Assembly (NCBI GenBank): GCA_963754655.1
Contig: CAVWGN010000001.1
Coordinates: forward strand, 1,632,001-1,696,000
DNA length: 64,000 bases
Direction of reading: 5' to 3'
DNA from: an uncultured Chlamydiae bacterium
Lineage (GTDB): Bacteria; Chlamydiota; Chlamydiia; Chlamydiales; Parachlamydiaceae
Shown: positions 61,516-64,000 of the stretch, piece after piece
How the letters are laid out: each line of letters begins with the position of its first letter
Position numbering within the stretch: the stretch's first letter is position 1
Made by a program: the position numbers and the translations under genes
The notes under the pieces: model-generated
The model's database searches: none
Told to the model about the DNA's origin: nothing
What the model saw: the letters and a program-made list of their open reading frames with translations, nothing else

Positions 61516-62001
61516 TTACTGAGCAGTATCTAAATCATTGCTTACGCTTTTTACACCTTCAACATTTTTGATCATGTACTCAATTTGATTTTTCTCGTTA
61601 CTATTTGCAACTTTGCCCTTAAGAGTCACTTTTCCATCTTTTGTTACGATTTGGATGTTGTGAGCACCATCTGACAAATAGGGTGTGCTTCTCAAATTTT
61701 GCATAATGCGTGATGAAATGACATTATCAGGAACATTTTGAGTTTGAGTTTGATTACCACCAAACCAATTTGACCATGTGCTTTGATTCTGCTGAGCGCC
61801 GCTTGGATTCCCAGAAGGATAACCTGTGTTTTGATGTTGGCCTGATTGGCCGTAAGTTTGATAAGATTGAGAATATCCTGGTTGAGGTTGATTAGAATGA
61901 TTCATATCACTGGAATATTGTCCATATTGATAGTTTTGTGCGCATGCTAATGAAGTTACGCACAAACTTGAAATCGCGATAAATTTTCCGAATTTTTTCA
62001 T
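61516..62001 (-). CDS. BON-domain (OsmY-like) exported protein
   Basis: Signal peptide, Gln/Gly-rich linker, D..I...I...L...IQIVTKDGKVTLKGKV...VEGVKSVSNDL. Confidence 0.88.
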   Translation of the reverse strand: MKKFGKFIAISSLCVTSLACAQNYQYGQYSSDMNHSNQPQPGYSQSYQTYGQSGQHQNTGYPSGNPSGAQQNQSTWSNWFGGNQTQTQNVPDNVISSRIMQNLRSTPYLSDGAHNIQIVTKDGKVTLKGKVANSNEKNQIEYMIKNVEGVKSVSNDLDTAQ

Positions 62002-62385
62002 ACAATCCTCCTTAAAAGGTTTATTTTAAATGCAAATAGCTTATTTTGCCTATTTGATCTAAAAAAACACATAAATAAAATAATGTCAAATAAATCTTTG
62101 GCGATATTAATGCTTAAATATTGACGTATCTACTCAACTAGTTAAATTTCGCTAAATAGAGGATAGGATAGTTACGAATATTTTTGCAGTCTGAAAACGA
62201 TTATAGGTGCAGAGTGGTTTTTGGGCAAGCTAAAGTAAGAAACGGATCAGAATAGGGTGTAAGGGTCAGAATAAGATGTAATCTGTTATTTTCAATCTCT
62301 TTTTTATTCCTGCATAACTTATCTTTCCTCTGGAAAAGCTTAACTTATTTTCTTTCCAACAAGTTCTTTTTTTTCTTCCTTAAAT

Positions 62386-62573
62386 CAGGATGTTTTTACT
62401 AAAAATATTTAACACTTACAGCTCTTCAGGCTGCATGACACAACGCACTCATACCTTGCATCAGCCTGAAGGGCTGTAAGTGCAATAGACCAGGGCAACG
62501 CCCTGGGTGTGAGTGCGTTGTGTCATGCAGCCTGAAGGGCTGTAAGTGTTAAATATTTTTAGTAAAACACCTG
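62386..62573. repeat. Palindromic REP-like element
   Basis: Arms ~62386-62455 and ~62505-62573 inverted; CAGCCTGAAGGGCTG units and CCAGGGCAACGCCCTGG hairpin. Confidence 0.85.
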
Positions 62574-62908
62574 TTCTTAAATCACCTTCGCCATCTTCTG
62601 CTACTATTTCAACTATTGGAGCCATGCAATCTAACACTCATTAAATTTGTTGTTGATTTATTAAAATGAATTTTGTAAATTATCCTAATAAAAAAAATAA
62701 AATTAAAATTTTAGGTGACTAACTATGATTAATAATCTTCAACCTTCGCAGTGGATAAATTTAGAAAACAGTGAAGGCGAAAAATTTATACTCGATTTTT
62801 CAGTTGTCTATAACATTTTACAATATAGCCAGAGGTTTTCCGGGGGACAATTAGAATCAAATCTTATTTTTTCTTCTCTACACAATGTAGAAGCAATTCA
62901 TAGAAAAT

Positions 62909-62943
62909 AAAAAGCCTCTAATTAAGTATTTAGAGGCTTTTTT
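62909..62943 (-). terminator. Rho-independent terminator, homologous to 20657-20690
   Basis: AAAAAGCCTCTA-loop-TAGAGGCTTTTT. Confidence 0.8.
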
Positions 62944-62985
62944 ATAGATCTTTTTCAAATTCGACTAAATTAAGCCTAGCGGCTT

Positions 62986-64000
62986 CTAACTTTGCAAATT
63001 AAGCGCTATTAAATTAAGTGCTGCCGCCTCTTCGAGTTTTCCTTGCTGGCGTAAAGTGTCGGCATAACGGCTGACAGTAAAAAGATCTTGCTGTCCTTGA
63101 GGGAGAGCTAGGGCTTTTTTAAATTCAGCTGCAGCTTCCTCAAGTTTTCCTTGCCGGCGTAAAATTGCGGCATAACTGCTGAGAGTAAAAAGATCTTGCT
63201 GTCCTTTAGGTAGAGCTAAGGCTTTTTTAAATTCAGCTGCAGCTTCCTCGAGTTTTCCTTGCTGGCATAAAGTTGCGGCATAAAAGCTGGCAGTAAAAAG
63301 ATCTTGCTGTCCTAGAGGTAGAGCTAAGGCTTTTTTAAATTCAGCCACAGCTTCCCCGAATTTTCCTTGCTGGCATAAAGTTGCGGCATAACGGCTGACA
63401 GTAAAAAGATCTTGCTGTCCTTGAGGTAGAACTAAAGCTTTTTTAAATTCAGCTACAGCTTCTTCGAGTTTTCCTTGCTGGCGTAAAGTGTCGGCATAAA
63501 ACCTGACAGTAAAAAGATCTTGCTGTCCTAGAGGTAGAGCTAAGGCTTTCTTTAATTCAGCTGCAGCTTCTTCGAGTTTTCCTTGCTGGCGTAAAGTGTC
63601 GGCATAAAAGCTGACAGTAAAAACATTTTGCTGTCCTAGAGGTAGAGCTAAGGCTTTTTTAAATTCAGCTGCAGCTTCCTCGAATTTTCCTTGCCGGCAT
63701 AAAGTTGCGGCATAAAAGCTGACAGTAAAAAGATCTTGCTGTCCTAGAGGTAGAGCTAAGGCTTTTTTAAATTCAGCTACAGCTTCTTCGAGTTTTCCTT
63801 GCCGGCGTAAAATTGCGGCATAACGGCTGACAGTAAAAAGATCTTGCTGTCCTAGAGGTAGAGCTAAGGCTTTTTTAAATTCAGCCGCAGCTTCTTCCAG
63901 TTTTCCTTGCTGACGTAAAGTGTTGGCATAACGGCTGACAGCTACGAGGTCTTGCCTTCCATTAGAAAGAGCTAAGGGTTGTTGAATAGAAGAGGAAGAG
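62986..64000 (-). CDS. 36-aa TPR/PPR-like tandem repeat protein, paralogue 3 (8.5 repeats; 5' end outside window)
   Basis: Frame is open from 63999 (SSSSIQQPLALSNGRQDLVAVSRYANTLRQ...) to the stop at 62986; the ORF track shows only the last 120 aa. Confidence 0.88.
   Translation of the reverse strand, partial: SSSSIQQPLALSNGRQDLVAVSRYANTLRQQGKLEEAAAEFKKALALPLGQQDLFTVSRYAAILRRQGKLEEAVAEFKKALALPLGQQDLFTVSFYAATLCRQGKFEEAAAEFKKALALPLGQQNVFTVSFYADTLRQQGKLEEAAAELKKALALPLGQQDLFTVRFYADTLRQQGKLEEAVAEFKKALVLPQGQQDLFTVSRYAATLCQQGKFGEAVAEFKKALALPLGQQDLFTASFYAATLCQQGKLEEAAAEFKKALALPKGQQDLFTLSSYAAILRRQGKLEEAAAEFKKALALPQGQQDLFTVSRYADTLRQQGKLEEAAALNLIALNLQS

Overview
AT-rich bacterial chromosome segment, most likely from an environmental Chlamydiae symbiont (Parachlamydiaceae-like). 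This is inferred from a CPAF protease and many eukaryote-like effector ORFs with low-complexity N-termini. Housekeeping and metabolic genes (tex, amidohydrolase, Kef-type antiporter, CDF transporter, beta-carbonic anhydrase, two GT2s, TsdA-like cytochrome, arylsulfatase, htpX, lemA, BON protein) are interleaved with a dense accessory layer. (i) Candidate host-nucleus effectors: a five-repeat Myb protein, a SNF2 ATPase with a degenerate OTU-like tail, an F-box/DUF4116-repeat protein, and three paralogous 36-aa TPR/PPR-like tandem-repeat proteins. The two complete paralogues carry an NLS-like motif, and repeat variation is concentrated at predicted binding-face positions. (ii) Mobile DNA: two IS5 copies, two inverted IS607 tnpA-tnpB copies (one intact, one doubly frameshifted), a decayed IS200/IS605 element, and two serine-resolvase remnants. 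(iii) Large modular palindromic non-coding elements (REP/REPIN- or MITE-like); both IS5 copies sit at the same terminus of these, and one palindrome is built from two inverted IS605 left ends. (iv) higBA and a small secreted toxin-immunity-like pair. No rRNA, tRNA or CRISPR array was recognised. All protein calls are by eye from motifs; no searches were run.
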